Assembly: GCA_024641945.1 (NCBI GenBank)
Contig: JAHECD010000005.1
Location: 1,537 to 65,536 of the forward strand
Length of the DNA stretch: 64,000 nucleotides
Direction of reading: 5' to 3'
Source: Rubrivivax sp.
GTDB lineage: Bacteria > Pseudomonadota > Gammaproteobacteria > Burkholderiales > Burkholderiaceae_C
Of this stretch, positions 11,385 to 20,977 are shown one piece after another. The translations under genes were made by a program, and so were the position numbers. The notes beneath the pieces are model-generated. The model saw only the letters and a program-made list of their open reading frames with translations. It did not search any database and was not told the origin of the DNA. How positions within the stretch are numbered: the stretch's first letter is position 1; each line of letters opens with the position of its first letter.

Positions 11385-12008
11385 ATGGCAAACCACAACG
11401 CCCATCCCAGCGGTCACGAGAAGATCGAGACCAGCAATTTCCTGATGATCGTGCTGATCCTGGTCGCCGTCGCAATCGGCGGTCTGGTCGAGATCGTGCC
11501 GCTGTTCTTCCAACGGTCGACGACCCAGCCGGTCGAGGGACTCAAGCCGTACACCGCGCTGCAGCTGGCGGGCCGCGACGTCTACATCCGCGAGGGCTGC
11601 TACAACTGCCACTCGCAGATGATCCGGCCGTTCCGTGCCGAGACCCTGCGCTACGGGACCTTCTCGAAGGCCGGCGAGTTCGTCTACGACCACCCGTTCC
11701 AATGGGGCAGCAAGCGCACCGGGCCGGACCTCCAGCGCGTCGGTGGCAAATACAGCGACGACTGGCATCGGCTGCACCTGACATCGCCCCGGTCCCTGGT
11801 GCCGGAGTCCAACATGCCCGCCTACCCGTGGCTGGAGGCCTCGGCGCTCGATCCGGCGGATCTGGCGCCCAAGATGAAGGCACTGCGTATCGTGGGTGTG
11901 CCGTACAGCGACGACGAAGTGGCCAAGGCCGGCGAGGAGGTCAAGGGCCGCACCGAGCTCGATGCCGTCATCGCCTATCTGCAGGTGCTCGGCACCGCAG
12001 TCAAGTAG
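11385..12008 (+). CDS. ccoO: cbb3-type oxidase subunit II
   Basis: [30 protein letters not shown]. Confidence 0.97.
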   Translation: MANHNAHPSGHEKIETSNFLMIVLILVAVAIGGLVEIVPLFFQRSTTQPVEGLKPYTALQLAGRDVYIREGCYNCHSQMIRPFRAETLRYGTFSKAGEFVYDHPFQWGSKRTGPDLQRVGGKYSDDWHRLHLTSPRSLVPESNMPAYPWLEASALDPADLAPKMKALRIVGVPYSDDEVAKAGEEVKGRTELDAVIAYLQVLGTAVK

Positions 12009-12023
12009 GGACGGAAGCACATC

Positions 12024-12182
12024 ATGGACATCAATGACCTGCGCAGTGCCGTCACGGTGCTGAGCTTGCTTCTCTTCGTGGGGATCATCGTCTGGACGTG
12101 GCAGCGTGCGCGCCGCGATGCATTCGAAGAGGCTGCCCTGTTGCCCTTCGCGGACGACGAATCGAACGGAGACCTGTCATGA
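12024..12182 (+). CDS. ccoQ: cbb3-type oxidase subunit IV (52 aa, not in the ORF track)
   Basis: Manual translation MDINDLRSAVTVLSLLLFVGIIVWTWQRARRDAFEEAALLPFADDESNGDLS; one TM helix plus AALLPF; lies between ccoO and ccoP. Confidence 0.9.
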   Translation: MDINDLRSAVTVLSLLLFVGIIVWTWQRARRDAFEEAALLPFADDESNGDLS

Positions 12183-13093
12183 GCGATTTCTTCTCGAGTG
12201 GATGGTCGATCTACATCGCCGGGGTCACGATCCTCGGGCTGATCGCCTGCCTGGGTCTGCTGATCATCGCCAGCCGGCGCAAGGTCATGGCGAACGACAA
12301 CACCACGGGCCATGTCTGGGACGAAGACCTGCGCGAGCTGAACAATCCGCTGCCACGCTGGTGGATGTACCTGTTCGTGCTGACCGTCGTCTTTGCCGCG
12401 GTCTACCTCACTTTCTACCCCGGCCTCGGCAGCAATGCCGGGACGCTCAAGTGGACGAGCGCCGGGCAGCATGAAGTTGAAACCGAAAGGCACCTTGCCG
12501 CCATGGCACCTGTGTACGCCAAGTTTGCGACGATGGGTGCCGCAGACCTCGCCAAGGACAGCACGGCGATGGGCATCGGCGAACGCTTGTTCCTGAACAA
12601 CTGCTCGGCATGCCATGGCTCCGATGGACGCGGCAGCAAGGGCTTCCCGAACCTGACCGACCAGGACTGGCTCGGCGGCATGGGCATCGACTACGTCGAG
12701 AAGACCATCAAGGAAGGGCGCACCGGCATGATGCCTCCCATGGCCGCCGCCGTGGGTGGACCCGAAGACGTCAACAACGTCGCCCAGTACGTGCTCAGCC
12801 TGTCCGGCAGTGCGCATGATTCCGTGGCCGCCAGTCTCGGCAAGAGCAAGTTCGCAGCCTGCGCGGCTTGCCACGGGCCCGAGGGCAAGGGCACTCAGGC
12901 GCTCGGTGCGCCCAACCTCACCGACAAGACGTGGTTGCACGGGTTCGGCCAGAACGCGATCCTGGCGATGATCAACAACGGCAAGACCAACGTGATGCCG
13001 CCCCAGGCCTCCCGCCTGACGACGGAACAAGTACACGTGCTGGCGGGATACGTGCTGAGCCTGTCGCAGGCCACGTCCGTGGCGGCGAAATAG
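12179..13093 (+). CDS. ccoP: cbb3-type oxidase subunit III (diheme)
   Basis: TTGHVWDEDLRELNNPLPRWW; two CxxCH motifs (CSACH, CAACH). Confidence 0.97.
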   Translation: MSDFFSSGWSIYIAGVTILGLIACLGLLIIASRRKVMANDNTTGHVWDEDLRELNNPLPRWWMYLFVLTVVFAAVYLTFYPGLGSNAGTLKWTSAGQHEVETERHLAAMAPVYAKFATMGAADLAKDSTAMGIGERLFLNNCSACHGSDGRGSKGFPNLTDQDWLGGMGIDYVEKTIKEGRTGMMPPMAAAVGGPEDVNNVAQYVLSLSGSAHDSVAASLGKSKFAACAACHGPEGKGTQALGAPNLTDKTWLHGFGQNAILAMINNGKTNVMPPQASRLTTEQVHVLAGYVLSLSQATSVAAK

Positions 13094-13100
13094 GGCCGCG

Positions 13101-14540
13101 ATGACGGCACGCGTCTCTGCGCCGGAGGACGAAGACGCGGTTGTCGCCGTCGTTTCGCTGTACCAGAAGGCGCAGAAGATCTACCCGCGGGCGGTGAGCG
13201 GGTGGTTCATCAAATGGCGCTGGGCGCTTGTATTCATCACCCAACTGGTCTTCTATGGCCTGCCCTGGCTCGAGTGGAACGGCCGACAGGCCGTGCTCTT
13301 CGACCTCGCGGCTCGACGCTTCTACATCTTCGGCCTGGTGCTGTACCCGCAGGACTTCATCTACCTGACGGGTTTCCTGGTCATCAGCGCCTACTCGCTG
13401 TTCCTTTTCACCGCAGTCGCCGGGCGACTGTGGTGCGGGTATGCGTGCCCACAGACGGTCTATACCGAGATCTTCATGTGGATCGAACGCAAGTTCGAGG
13501 GCGACCGCGTCGCGCGCATGAAGCTCGACGCCGCGCCGTGGTCGTTCGAAAAGCTGTGGCGCAAAGGGGGCAAGCAGGCGGTCTGGATTGCGCTCGGGTT
13601 GTGGACCGGGTTCACGTTCGTCGGCTACTTCACGCCGATCAAGTCGTTGTGGGGCGAGGCGTTCACGCTGTCGTTCGGGCCCTGGGAATGGTTCTGGGTC
13701 CTGTTCTACGGCTTCGCGACGTACGGCAACGCCGGCTGGATGCGCGAGCAGGTCTGCAAGTACATGTGCCCGTATGCGCGATTCCAGAGCGCGATGTTCG
13801 ACAAGGACACGCTGATCATCAGCTACGACCAACAGCGGGGCGATCCGCGCGGCACGCGGGGCCGCAAGGCCGACCCCAAGTCGCTCGGGCTGGGCGACTG
13901 CATCGACTGTGGCCTGTGCGTGCAGGTCTGCCCGACCGGTATCGACATCCGCAACGGGCTGCAGTACGAGTGCATCGGTTGCGCCGCGTGCATCGACGTC
14001 TGCGACGGCGTGATGGACAAGATGAACTATCCGCGCGGGCTGGTGCGCTACGCCACACAGAACAGCATGGCCGGCGGCTGGTCGGCGGCGCAGATGTGGA
14101 AGCGCGTTTTCCGACCGCGCGTGCTGGTCTATACGTCGATCCTCGTGGTCATCGTGCTGGCACTGTTGACCAGCGTTGCACTTCGCTCGCCATTCCGGGT
14201 CGACATCGTGCGCGACCGCGGCGCGCTGGCGCGCATCGTGGACGAGGGCGCGATCGAAAACGGTTACCGACTGCAAATCATGAATTCGGCCGAGCAAACG
14301 CAGCACTACGTGGTGACCGTCAGCGGTATCGACGGGGCACGCATCATCGGCCGCACCGAGGTCGATATCGGCGCAGCCGAAGCGCGGTGGCTGCCACTGG
14401 CGGTACAGATCCCGCAGGCGGCCGCAGAAAAGGCTGGTACGGGCGCCCATGCCATCACGTTCGCCATCGAGCGACAGGCGCATGGGTCCGAGTCTGGTGT
14501 GAACATTTCAGAGAAGTCCACGTTTGTCATTCCGAGGTAG
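13101..14540 (+). CDS. ccoG: Cytochrome c oxidase accessory protein CcoG (4Fe-4S, cupric reductase)
   Basis: GRLWCGYACPQT, CKYMCPY, CIDCGLCVQVCP and CIGCAACIDVC ferredoxin motifs. Confidence 0.96.
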   Translation: MTARVSAPEDEDAVVAVVSLYQKAQKIYPRAVSGWFIKWRWALVFITQLVFYGLPWLEWNGRQAVLFDLAARRFYIFGLVLYPQDFIYLTGFLVISAYSLFLFTAVAGRLWCGYACPQTVYTEIFMWIERKFEGDRVARMKLDAAPWSFEKLWRKGGKQAVWIALGLWTGFTFVGYFTPIKSLWGEAFTLSFGPWEWFWVLFYGFATYGNAGWMREQVCKYMCPYARFQSAMFDKDTLIISYDQQRGDPRGTRGRKADPKSLGLGDCIDCGLCVQVCPTGIDIRNGLQYECIGCAACIDVCDGVMDKMNYPRGLVRYATQNSMAGGWSAAQMWKRVFRPRVLVYTSILVVIVLALLTSVALRSPFRVDIVRDRGALARIVDEGAIENGYRLQIMNSAEQTQHYVVTVSGIDGARIIGRTEVDIGAAEARWLPLAVQIPQAAAEKAGTGAHAITFAIERQAHGSESGVNISEKSTFVIPR

Positions 14541-14543
14541 ACC

Positions 14544-14786
14544 ATGAGACGAACAGAACCCTTGGCCGTACATCAAGGTTCGGAACCCTGGTGGCGCATT
14601 CCGATGGTCTGGCTGGTGATCGGCGGGCCCGCCACCGTCGTCGTGGCCGCGCTCGTGACTGCCGTGATTGCCGTTCGTGGCGCGGATCCCGTACTACCCC
14701 ACGAGGAAGCCAAGTCCTTCGCGGAGACGCCGGCGCTCCAAGCGCGCAACCACGCCGCGGCCCCCGAGGCCGACAAACCGAGGTAA
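14544..14786 (+). CDS. Short FixH/CcoH-like protein
   Basis: PWWRIPMVWLVIGGPATVVVA single-TM motif directly after ccoG. Confidence 0.7.
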   Translation: MRRTEPLAVHQGSEPWWRIPMVWLVIGGPATVVVAALVTAVIAVRGADPVLPHEEAKSFAETPALQARNHAAAPEADKPR

Positions 14787-14804
14787 CGGGCAGTGGCCGG
14801 TCGG

Positions 14805-15032
14805 ATGGGCAAGACCGAACGGGTGCTGGCTGTGCTGTGGCCGGCCTTCGTGATGGCCGGGGTGCTGGAAGCGCTGGTCTTCGTCGTGGTCGATCCCGAG
14901 TCGCTGACCTGGTTCGGCGGGCCGCCGGTTGAACTCTCGCGGCAAGCCGTCTATACCTTGACGTTCTTCATCTTCTGGGCAGTCATTTCGGCCGCCGGTG
15001 GCGTCAGCGCCATGCTTTCGCGGCGCACCTGA
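14805..15032 (+). CDS. Small two-TM membrane protein at the end of the cco operon
   Basis: LWPAFVMAGVLEALVFVVVDP...YTLTFFIFW; hydrophobic profile and host-like codon use. Confidence 0.7.
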   Translation: MGKTERVLAVLWPAFVMAGVLEALVFVVVDPESLTWFGGPPVELSRQAVYTLTFFIFWAVISAAGGVSAMLSRRT

Positions 15033-15050
15033 GCCCCCCGGTGGATTCGA

Positions 15051-15785
15051 CTAGCAGGCGCTGTTGTTTACAAGCTTCTGCAGCGCCTCATGGTCCAGGA
15101 CGCGAATCTGGCGCTGTTTGACCTCGAGGATGCCCTCGTCCTGGAACTTCGAAAAAGTGCGGCTCACGGTCTCGAGCTTGAGGCCGAGATAACTGCCGAT
15201 TTCTTCGCGCGTCATGCGCAGGATGAGTGCACTCTGCGAATACCCTCGGGCATGCAGGCGCTGCGTGAGGTTGAGCAAGAAGGCGGCAAGGCGCTCTTCG
15301 GCACGCATGCTGCCGAGCAGCAACATCACACCATGCTCACGAACGATCTCGCGGCTCATGATCTTGTGAAAGATGCGCTGCAGGTCGCCCAACTCGCGCG
15401 AAAGGTCCTCGAGTTGGTGAAACGGGATGACGCAGACCGTGGAGTCCTCGAGGGCCACCGAATCACACGCATGGCGATCGGTGCCGATGCCATCGAGCCC
15501 GAGAAGTTCGCCGGACATCTGGAAGCCCGTGACCTGATCGCGGCCGTCTTCCGACGAGACACTGGTCTTGAAGAAACCTGTGCGAACGGCGTAAAGACTC
15601 TGGAAAGCATCGCCCGTGCGGAACAGCGTTTCACCGCGCGTGATGGTGCGGCGGGACGTGATCATTGAATCCAGCCTGTCCATCTGCTCCGGCGACATGC
15701 CTACCGGGAGGCAGAGCTCGCGCAGATTGCAGGTGGAGCAGGCAGCCTTCAGGGGTTCGAGGCGGAGCGGATTGGACGCTGACAT
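15051..15785 (-). CDS. fnr: FNR-type O2-sensing transcriptional regulator
   Basis: N-terminal CSTCNLRELC plus DSTVC (4Fe-4S ligands); HTH REEIGSYLGLKLETVSR. Confidence 0.95.
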   Translation of the reverse strand: MSASNPLRLEPLKAACSTCNLRELCLPVGMSPEQMDRLDSMITSRRTITRGETLFRTGDAFQSLYAVRTGFFKTSVSSEDGRDQVTGFQMSGELLGLDGIGTDRHACDSVALEDSTVCVIPFHQLEDLSRELGDLQRIFHKIMSREIVREHGVMLLLGSMRAEERLAAFLLNLTQRLHARGYSQSALILRMTREEIGSYLGLKLETVSRTFSKFQDEGILEVKQRQIRVLDHEALQKLVNNSAC

Positions 15786-15858
15786 GGTTCGGATCGCGGC
15801 GCCGGTGACGGGACAAAGGGTTCGAGATGGATCGACGGCCCGGCGGCAACAGGCGACC

Positions 15859-15872
15859 TTGCGCCACGTCAA
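15859..15872. promoter_or_regulatory. Degenerate FNR box between divergent fnr and hemN
   Basis: TTGCG-CCAC-GTCAA (TTG-N8-CAA), centred about 70 bp upstream of hemN. Confidence 0.6.
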
Positions 15873-15934
15873 TAGCTCGAGCTGGAGGTTTGGCAGAGTG
15901 TACGCGCATGCCTTACGCACCCCTTGAAGCCACC

Positions 15935-17317
15935 ATGGTCATCCCGGACTCACTGCTACGGCGCCTTGATGTGCCCGGACCGCGATATACCTCCTACCCC
16001 ACGGCGGATCGTTTTGGCGACAGTTTCGGTGCGACGGAGTACCGCCATGCGCTGCGGCAGCGTGCGGGGGGGGCCTCGGTGGGTGGCGCGTCACCCCTGT
16101 CCGTCTATATCCACATTCCGTTCTGCGAGTCGGTCTGCTACTACTGCGCGTGCAACAAGGTCGTCACGCGGCATCACGACCGGGCAGCCGAATACCTGGA
16201 TGCACTCGAGGCCGAGATCGCGTTGCACGTGGAGGAACTCGGTCAGGGCCACCCGATCTCGCAGCTGCATTTTGGCGGCGGGACGCCCACCTTCCTGAGC
16301 GACGCCGAATTGGCGCGCCTGATGGCCGCGCTGACGCGTGCATTCGCGCTGACTCCGCATGCCGAGATATCGATCGAGGTCGACCCTCGAACGGCATCAC
16401 CCGAGCGCCTGCAACGCCTTGCCGAGATGGGCTTCAACCGGCTGTCGTTCGGCATCCAGGACTTCGATCCCGATGTTCAGAAGGCCGTGCACCGCGAGCA
16501 ATCGTATGAAAGCGTGCGCGACCTGGTGCACGCGGCAAGGACGATCGGCTTCGAGTCGATCAATGCCGATCTCATCTACGGCCTGCCGTTGCAGACGGCG
16601 GCCTCGTTCGAACGCACCGTGGCCCAGGTGGCGGCATTGCGGCCGGACCGCATCGCGTTGTACGCCTATGCACATCTGCCCGAGCGCTTCAAGCCGCAGC
16701 GCCGGATCGAGACCGTGCAACTGCCAGCGCCGGAAACACGCCTCCAGATGCTTGGCGGCGCGATCGGCGGGTTTCTGGGCCACGGCTACGCGTACATCGG
16801 CATGGACCACTTTGCGTTGCCCACCGATGCCCTGGCGATCGCCAAGCGGCAGGGCCGGCTGCACCGCAATTTCCAGGGCTACAGCACGCAACCGGACTGC
16901 GACCTGGTCGCGCTCGGCGTCTCGGCGATCGGTCGAATGGGTTCGACCTACAGCCAGAACGCGAAGACATTGCCCGAGTACTACGCGGCCATCGCCCGTG
17001 GGCGATTTCCGACGGTTCGGGGCCTTGCCGCCACGCGCGACGACTTGATCCGTCGGGCAGTGATCATGGCCATCATGTGCCAGGGTCGCGTCGAGTTCGA
17101 ATCGATCGAATTCGCCCATCTTGTGCGCATGCACGAGTACTTCGCACCCGAACTCGAGAGGCTCGAACCGCTTGCAGAAGAAGGCCTTCTCGAAATCGAC
17201 GAGCGCTCGGTTCAGGTGACGGCATTGGGTTGGTATTTCGTCCGCGGCATTGCGGCCGTGTTCGATCGCTACCTCGGCGCCACGTCTTCGCTCACCCGCT
17301 ATTCGCGCATCGTCTGA
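15935..17317 (+). CDS. hemN: Oxygen-independent coproporphyrinogen III oxidase
   Basis: GPRYTSYPTA, YIHIPFCESVCYYCAC radical-SAM motif, HFGGGTPT, YIGMDHFA, RNFQGY. Confidence 0.97.
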   Translation: MVIPDSLLRRLDVPGPRYTSYPTADRFGDSFGATEYRHALRQRAGGASVGGASPLSVYIHIPFCESVCYYCACNKVVTRHHDRAAEYLDALEAEIALHVEELGQGHPISQLHFGGGTPTFLSDAELARLMAALTRAFALTPHAEISIEVDPRTASPERLQRLAEMGFNRLSFGIQDFDPDVQKAVHREQSYESVRDLVHAARTIGFESINADLIYGLPLQTAASFERTVAQVAALRPDRIALYAYAHLPERFKPQRRIETVQLPAPETRLQMLGGAIGGFLGHGYAYIGMDHFALPTDALAIAKRQGRLHRNFQGYSTQPDCDLVALGVSAIGRMGSTYSQNAKTLPEYYAAIARGRFPTVRGLAATRDDLIRRAVIMAIMCQGRVEFESIEFAHLVRMHEYFAPELERLEPLAEEGLLEIDERSVQVTALGWYFVRGIAAVFDRYLGATSSLTRYSRIV

Positions 17318-17338
17318 CGATCCTCGACAATCCGGCGC

Positions 17339-18046
17339 ATGGATCTCGCACTTGTCCTCAGTGCATTCATGCTCGGCATTGCCGGGGCTCCCCACTGCGC
17401 CGCGATGTGTGGCGCCGGTTGCGCTGCTACGGTGCGAAGCTGCAGCAGGAGCGGGTCGCCCGCAAACGCCACCCTGGCGTTCCATCTGGCGCGCATCGCG
17501 GGGTACGCAACCGTTGGTGCGCTGGCCGCGGCCGGCGTCGGAGTCCTGTCGCTGGCGGGCAGCGCGGCTCCGGTCGTTCGTCCGATCTGGACGCTGGTTC
17601 ACGTGGCGGCACTGTCCTTGGGTGTCTGGCTGCTTTGGACGGGGCAACAACCGGCCTTCATGACCCGAGTCGGCCGCAACCGTGGCCCTTCGGGCCCACT
17701 GGTTGCCGCGGACGGCCCAGGGGGCTGGCAACGCGTCACGGGACCTGTCGCAGCCGGGGCGGCCGGTGCAGCTTGGGTGGCGTGGCCTTGCGGGCTTCTT
17801 CAGTCGGCGGTGGTCGTGGCGGCGCTGGCCAATACGCCACAAGCCGGTGCCGCCGCCATGGCTGCCTTCGCGCTGGCGTCGGCCGCCGGCCTTCAATTCG
17901 CCCCGTGGATCGCGGCAACGCTGACACGTGCCAGCGGGTCGGCCATTTGGGCTGTGCGCCTTGCCGGCTTCGCGTTGGCGCTGGGCTCTGCCTGGGCACT
18001 GGGGCACGACGTCTGGGGAAAGGTGCTCGCCTACTGCGGCATCTGA
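17339..18046 (+). CDS. Sulfite exporter TauE/SafE / DsbD_2-like membrane protein
   Basis: GAPHCAAMCG and WPCGLLQS motifs, multiple TM helices; commonly adjacent to cco/hemN. Confidence 0.8.
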   Translation: MDLALVLSAFMLGIAGAPHCAAMCGAGCAATVRSCSRSGSPANATLAFHLARIAGYATVGALAAAGVGVLSLAGSAAPVVRPIWTLVHVAALSLGVWLLWTGQQPAFMTRVGRNRGPSGPLVAADGPGGWQRVTGPVAAGAAGAAWVAWPCGLLQSAVVVAALANTPQAGAAAMAAFALASAAGLQFAPWIAATLTRASGSAIWAVRLAGFALALGSAWALGHDVWGKVLAYCGI

Positions 18047-18149
18047 CCCACGCGGCGTTTGACCTGCTGAAGGCAGAAACAACGATGCCCAGGCGAGCCC
18101 GGGCATCGAGGATCCGCCGGGGCGGAAAACCGCCCCATGACACGACAGA

Positions 18150-18323
18150 TTACTTCTTCTTCTCTTCGGCCTTGGCGGCCGGCTTGGCAGCAGCGGAGGC
18201 GGCACCGGACGCGGCAGCGGCGGCAGGCTTTGCGTCGGCCTTCTTCTCTTCCTTCTTGGCGTCGGCAGCGTAGACGCCGGAAGCAAAGGCGACGGCGATC
18301 AGGGCGGCGAGGATCTTGGACAT
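18150..18323 (-). CDS. Small exported Lys/Ala-rich low-complexity protein (57 aa)
   Basis: MSKILAALIAVAFASGVYA signal peptide then ADAKKEEKKADAKPAAAAASG...KAEEKKK; RBS AAAGG; strongly host-like codons. Confidence 0.8.
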   Translation of the reverse strand: MSKILAALIAVAFASGVYAADAKKEEKKADAKPAAAAASGAASAAAKPAAKAEEKKK

Positions 18324-18380
18324 GAAAAGTACCTTTCGAAAGTTTGCTTGTACGCCTCTCTCTATGGGAGGCCACCCGAG

Positions 18381-18408
18381 AACGGCAGCGGCAGGCGGCC
18401 GGTTGACA
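18381..18408 (-). promoter_or_regulatory. Candidate ECF sigma promoter for the small exported protein
   Basis: Minus strand TGTCAACC-N16-CGTT fits the generic ECF -35 AAC / -10 CGT pattern, about 57 bp upstream of ATG 18323. Confidence 0.45.
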
Positions 18409-18817
18409 GCGCGCCTAAATTGAATCCCCTTTTGATGTAACCCTACGCAACGCAAGCGGCGGAACGGGTGTCGACATCACGCGGGTTGGGGCTGAAGATG
18501 GTCGAGAGGGACATCATGCCGAGGGCTATGTCGGCGTGCGCCGGATTTGCTGAATCGAAGCTGCCGTGGGCGTGCAGGCATCAAAAGGGTTGACCTGCAA
18601 CTTCGTGCGCCTGCGGGCAGTGGTCATCGACCCGATGTGTTTTGGAGTCATGCCCGCGCCGTTGGCCGTGATGACGAAGTTCAACGCGCGTTTGGAACTC
18701 GATTCGGCTCTGCCGAGTGCCGTGAGCCCGCACGAGAACGGCCGGAACCGGCGCGAGGCTTCGCCACTCCGAGCGGAGCCATGAATCCCTTGCTGTACAC
18801 GTTGCCGGCGCAGCCGG

Positions 18818-19543
18818 TCACAAGGCAATGGTGCGCCCGACGTACAGGATCGGTCCGGTGGGACGCCCGATGGTCGAGCCACCTTCCGGTTCGAGCGTGA
18901 TTTCGAACAGCTGTTGCTCGCCCGAGCCCTTCAAGCGCGGCAGGGGAAGCTCCACGATCCGCCCCGCCTGCACGAGGCCCAGGGATGTCGGCCCGACGGC
19001 GCCTTGCGGTTTGGTCCAGAACTGAAGGGACCGGCCGGCCGGAACGGGGCCGGACTTGGCGGCTGGAACGAGTCGCAGGCGGTCGTCGTTCAGCTCGACG
19101 ACCCAGCCGGCGCTTTGCTGGTCCGGACTCTGGAGTACGGCGATGTAGCGGATCTCGGCCGGTGCATTGATGCGCTGAACCAGCAACGTGCTCACGGTGA
19201 TCGCCGCGGCGACGGCCGCCAGACTCAGGCCTTGCCAGAAGGGCAACCTCTGCCACCACGAGTGGGCGACGCCACCAAGTGCTGGCGAAGTCCGTCGGGC
19301 AGCGATTGGCGACGGTATCAAGGCGGCGTCAATGCGTGGCCAAAGTTGCGGATGTGGCTGGACAGGGGGGACGCGTGTGCTCAACGCCAGCAAACGGTCC
19401 TGCCAGGCGTACACCGCCTGTTCGGCGGCCGGGTTGACCGCGAGCGTGGCCTCGAATTCGGCACGCTGGCTGTCGGTCAGGGTCCCCAGCACGTATTCGC
19501 CCGCGTTGTCGTCGATCTCGTCCGAAGATTGCGCATGGTTCAC
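18818..19543 (-). CDS. Anti-sigma factor, RskA family
   Basis: AGEYVLGTL...WQDRLLAL N-terminus, TM helix after WWQRLPFWQG, SLQFW and FEITLEPEGGS...PTGPIL RskA C-terminal motifs. Confidence 0.9.
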   Translation of the reverse strand: MNHAQSSDEIDDNAGEYVLGTLTDSQRAEFEATLAVNPAAEQAVYAWQDRLLALSTRVPPVQPHPQLWPRIDAALIPSPIAARRTSPALGGVAHSWWQRLPFWQGLSLAAVAAAITVSTLLVQRINAPAEIRYIAVLQSPDQQSAGWVVELNDDRLRLVPAAKSGPVPAGRSLQFWTKPQGAVGPTSLGLVQAGRIVELPLPRLKGSGEQQLFEITLEPEGGSTIGRPTGPILYVGRTIAL

Positions 19544-20094
19544 GCCAGGCACTCCTTGAGGCTCGCCAGGCTGCGCCGAATCCACGACTTCACGGTTCCC
19601 AGGGGGGCGTTCAGCAGGCGCGCGATCTGCTCGTGTGTGTAGCCATCGACGAAGGCGTGGATGACACACGCGCGGCGTTCTTTTTCGATGCGCTCGAGGC
19701 AGCGCTCCAGGGTATCGGCGTCCAGTTCACGGTCGTCGGCGCCCGCAGCCAAGGTCTGCTGGAGGTTGGAAACGCCTTCCAGGTCGATCGGATCCATCGG
19801 CACCATCCGTCCGGAATTGCGGATTTCCTTCAGCGCCCGATGGCGGACGATGGTGTAGATCCACCCGCGCGCCGAGCCGAGGCTGGGTTGATACGTCGAC
19901 GCACGTTGCCAGACCTGAAGAAAGGCGTCTTGAAGCACGTCCTCGGCACGGTCGCGGTCGCGCACGATGCGAACCGCCACACCAAGGAGCCAGCGCGCTT
20001 CACGCTCGTAAAGCGCCCGCATCGCATAGCGTTCGCCGCGCGCGCAGGCGAGCACGGCGGCCTCGTAGTCGAAGGGTTGCTTTTCGCTTGGCAT
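19540..20094 (-). CDS. ECF RNA polymerase sigma factor
   Basis: AEDVLQDAFLQVW region 2; GYTHEQIARLLNAPLGTVKSWIRR region 4; overlaps the anti-sigma gene by 4 nt. Confidence 0.93.
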   Translation of the reverse strand: MPSEKQPFDYEAAVLACARGERYAMRALYEREARWLLGVAVRIVRDRDRAEDVLQDAFLQVWQRASTYQPSLGSARGWIYTIVRHRALKEIRNSGRMVPMDPIDLEGVSNLQQTLAAGADDRELDADTLERCLERIEKERRACVIHAFVDGYTHEQIARLLNAPLGTVKSWIRRSLASLKECLA

Positions 20095-20135
20095 GGAATC
20101 GGTCGGATGACTCTATCAGTGCGGCCTCATCGGGT

Positions 20136-20681
20136 TCAGGCGGCCTTCCAGAAAACGTAGTCGGCCTGGTATTTGACGATCTCCTTGCGGCCGAGGGCTC
20201 CAGCGTCACAGGGTAGGGCAGGTGCGATGCCGCCACGCGTCGCCACCCGCTGCACGAAGGAGATACCAGTCATCGCCCCCGTTCCAGTTGCCGGGTTGGC
20301 CTTGACCAGTTGCATCGGAATGTTCCCGGAGCCGCCCGGCGCGACGGCCAATTGCGTGCCCGTGATGGCGGAGCCGTCGCTGGAGGCCCAGGTAGCGGGC
20401 GGACCGAAATAACTACCGAGCTTGCTGCCGCTGCGGCTGTTCAGGTCGGCTTTGGGGCCGACGAAGACCCATTCGAAAGCGCCCGCCATCGTCGCCTTGG
20501 TCCGGCACTCGTAGGTGATCTCGCCCACGCCCACGGTCTCCATCGCCACCCGATGGCCTGCGGGCACGCGGACCGCGTCCGGGATGCCCATTTGCGAATG
20601 GGTCGAAGAGGGGGCCGATGCACAGGCAGAAAGAAGTCCTGCGGCAGCGGCCGCAGTCAAGGAAAGGCTGTGCTTGTTCAT
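20136..20681 (-). CDS. DUF3455 family lipoprotein
   Basis: Lipobox LLSAC; GVGEITYEC, WVFVGPKADL, PATW, VQRVATRGG.AP...YQADYVFW. Confidence 0.8.
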   Translation of the reverse strand: MNKHSLSLTAAAAAGLLSACASAPSSTHSQMGIPDAVRVPAGHRVAMETVGVGEITYECRTKATMAGAFEWVFVGPKADLNSRSGSKLGSYFGPPATWASSDGSAITGTQLAVAPGGSGNIPMQLVKANPATGTGAMTGISFVQRVATRGGIAPALPCDAGALGRKEIVKYQADYVFWKAA

Positions 20682-20722
20682 CGCGGAGCTCCAATCGGGA
20701 TCAAAGGGGGTTGGCAAAGTGG

Positions 20723-20750
20723 CCGGGGTACACCGGGGTAAACCGGGGTA
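20723..20750. repeat. Three direct repeats of CCGGGGTA with a 10-bp period
   Basis: CCGGGGTA at 20723, 20733 and 20743 in the divergent DUF3455/clpS intergenic region. Confidence 0.9.
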
Positions 20751-20977
20751 CACATCTCTCACTAGCCGGTATCGGTGTCGCCAGATGCATGGCAGGCGAA
20801 CAATTTTTTGTACGGCTGCCGAGATCCCGGTTTCGTGCCGACCGCGTCTGCCCTTGTGCGGGCTCCCCTTGTCAATGCGGAAATCGGGCCGATATGTCGT
20901 CCGGGGTCGTGCAAGGAGCCACGTTTGGAATCGACCCGACGCCTCAATGTCTTTGGGCCAACTCGATAGAATGAAGC

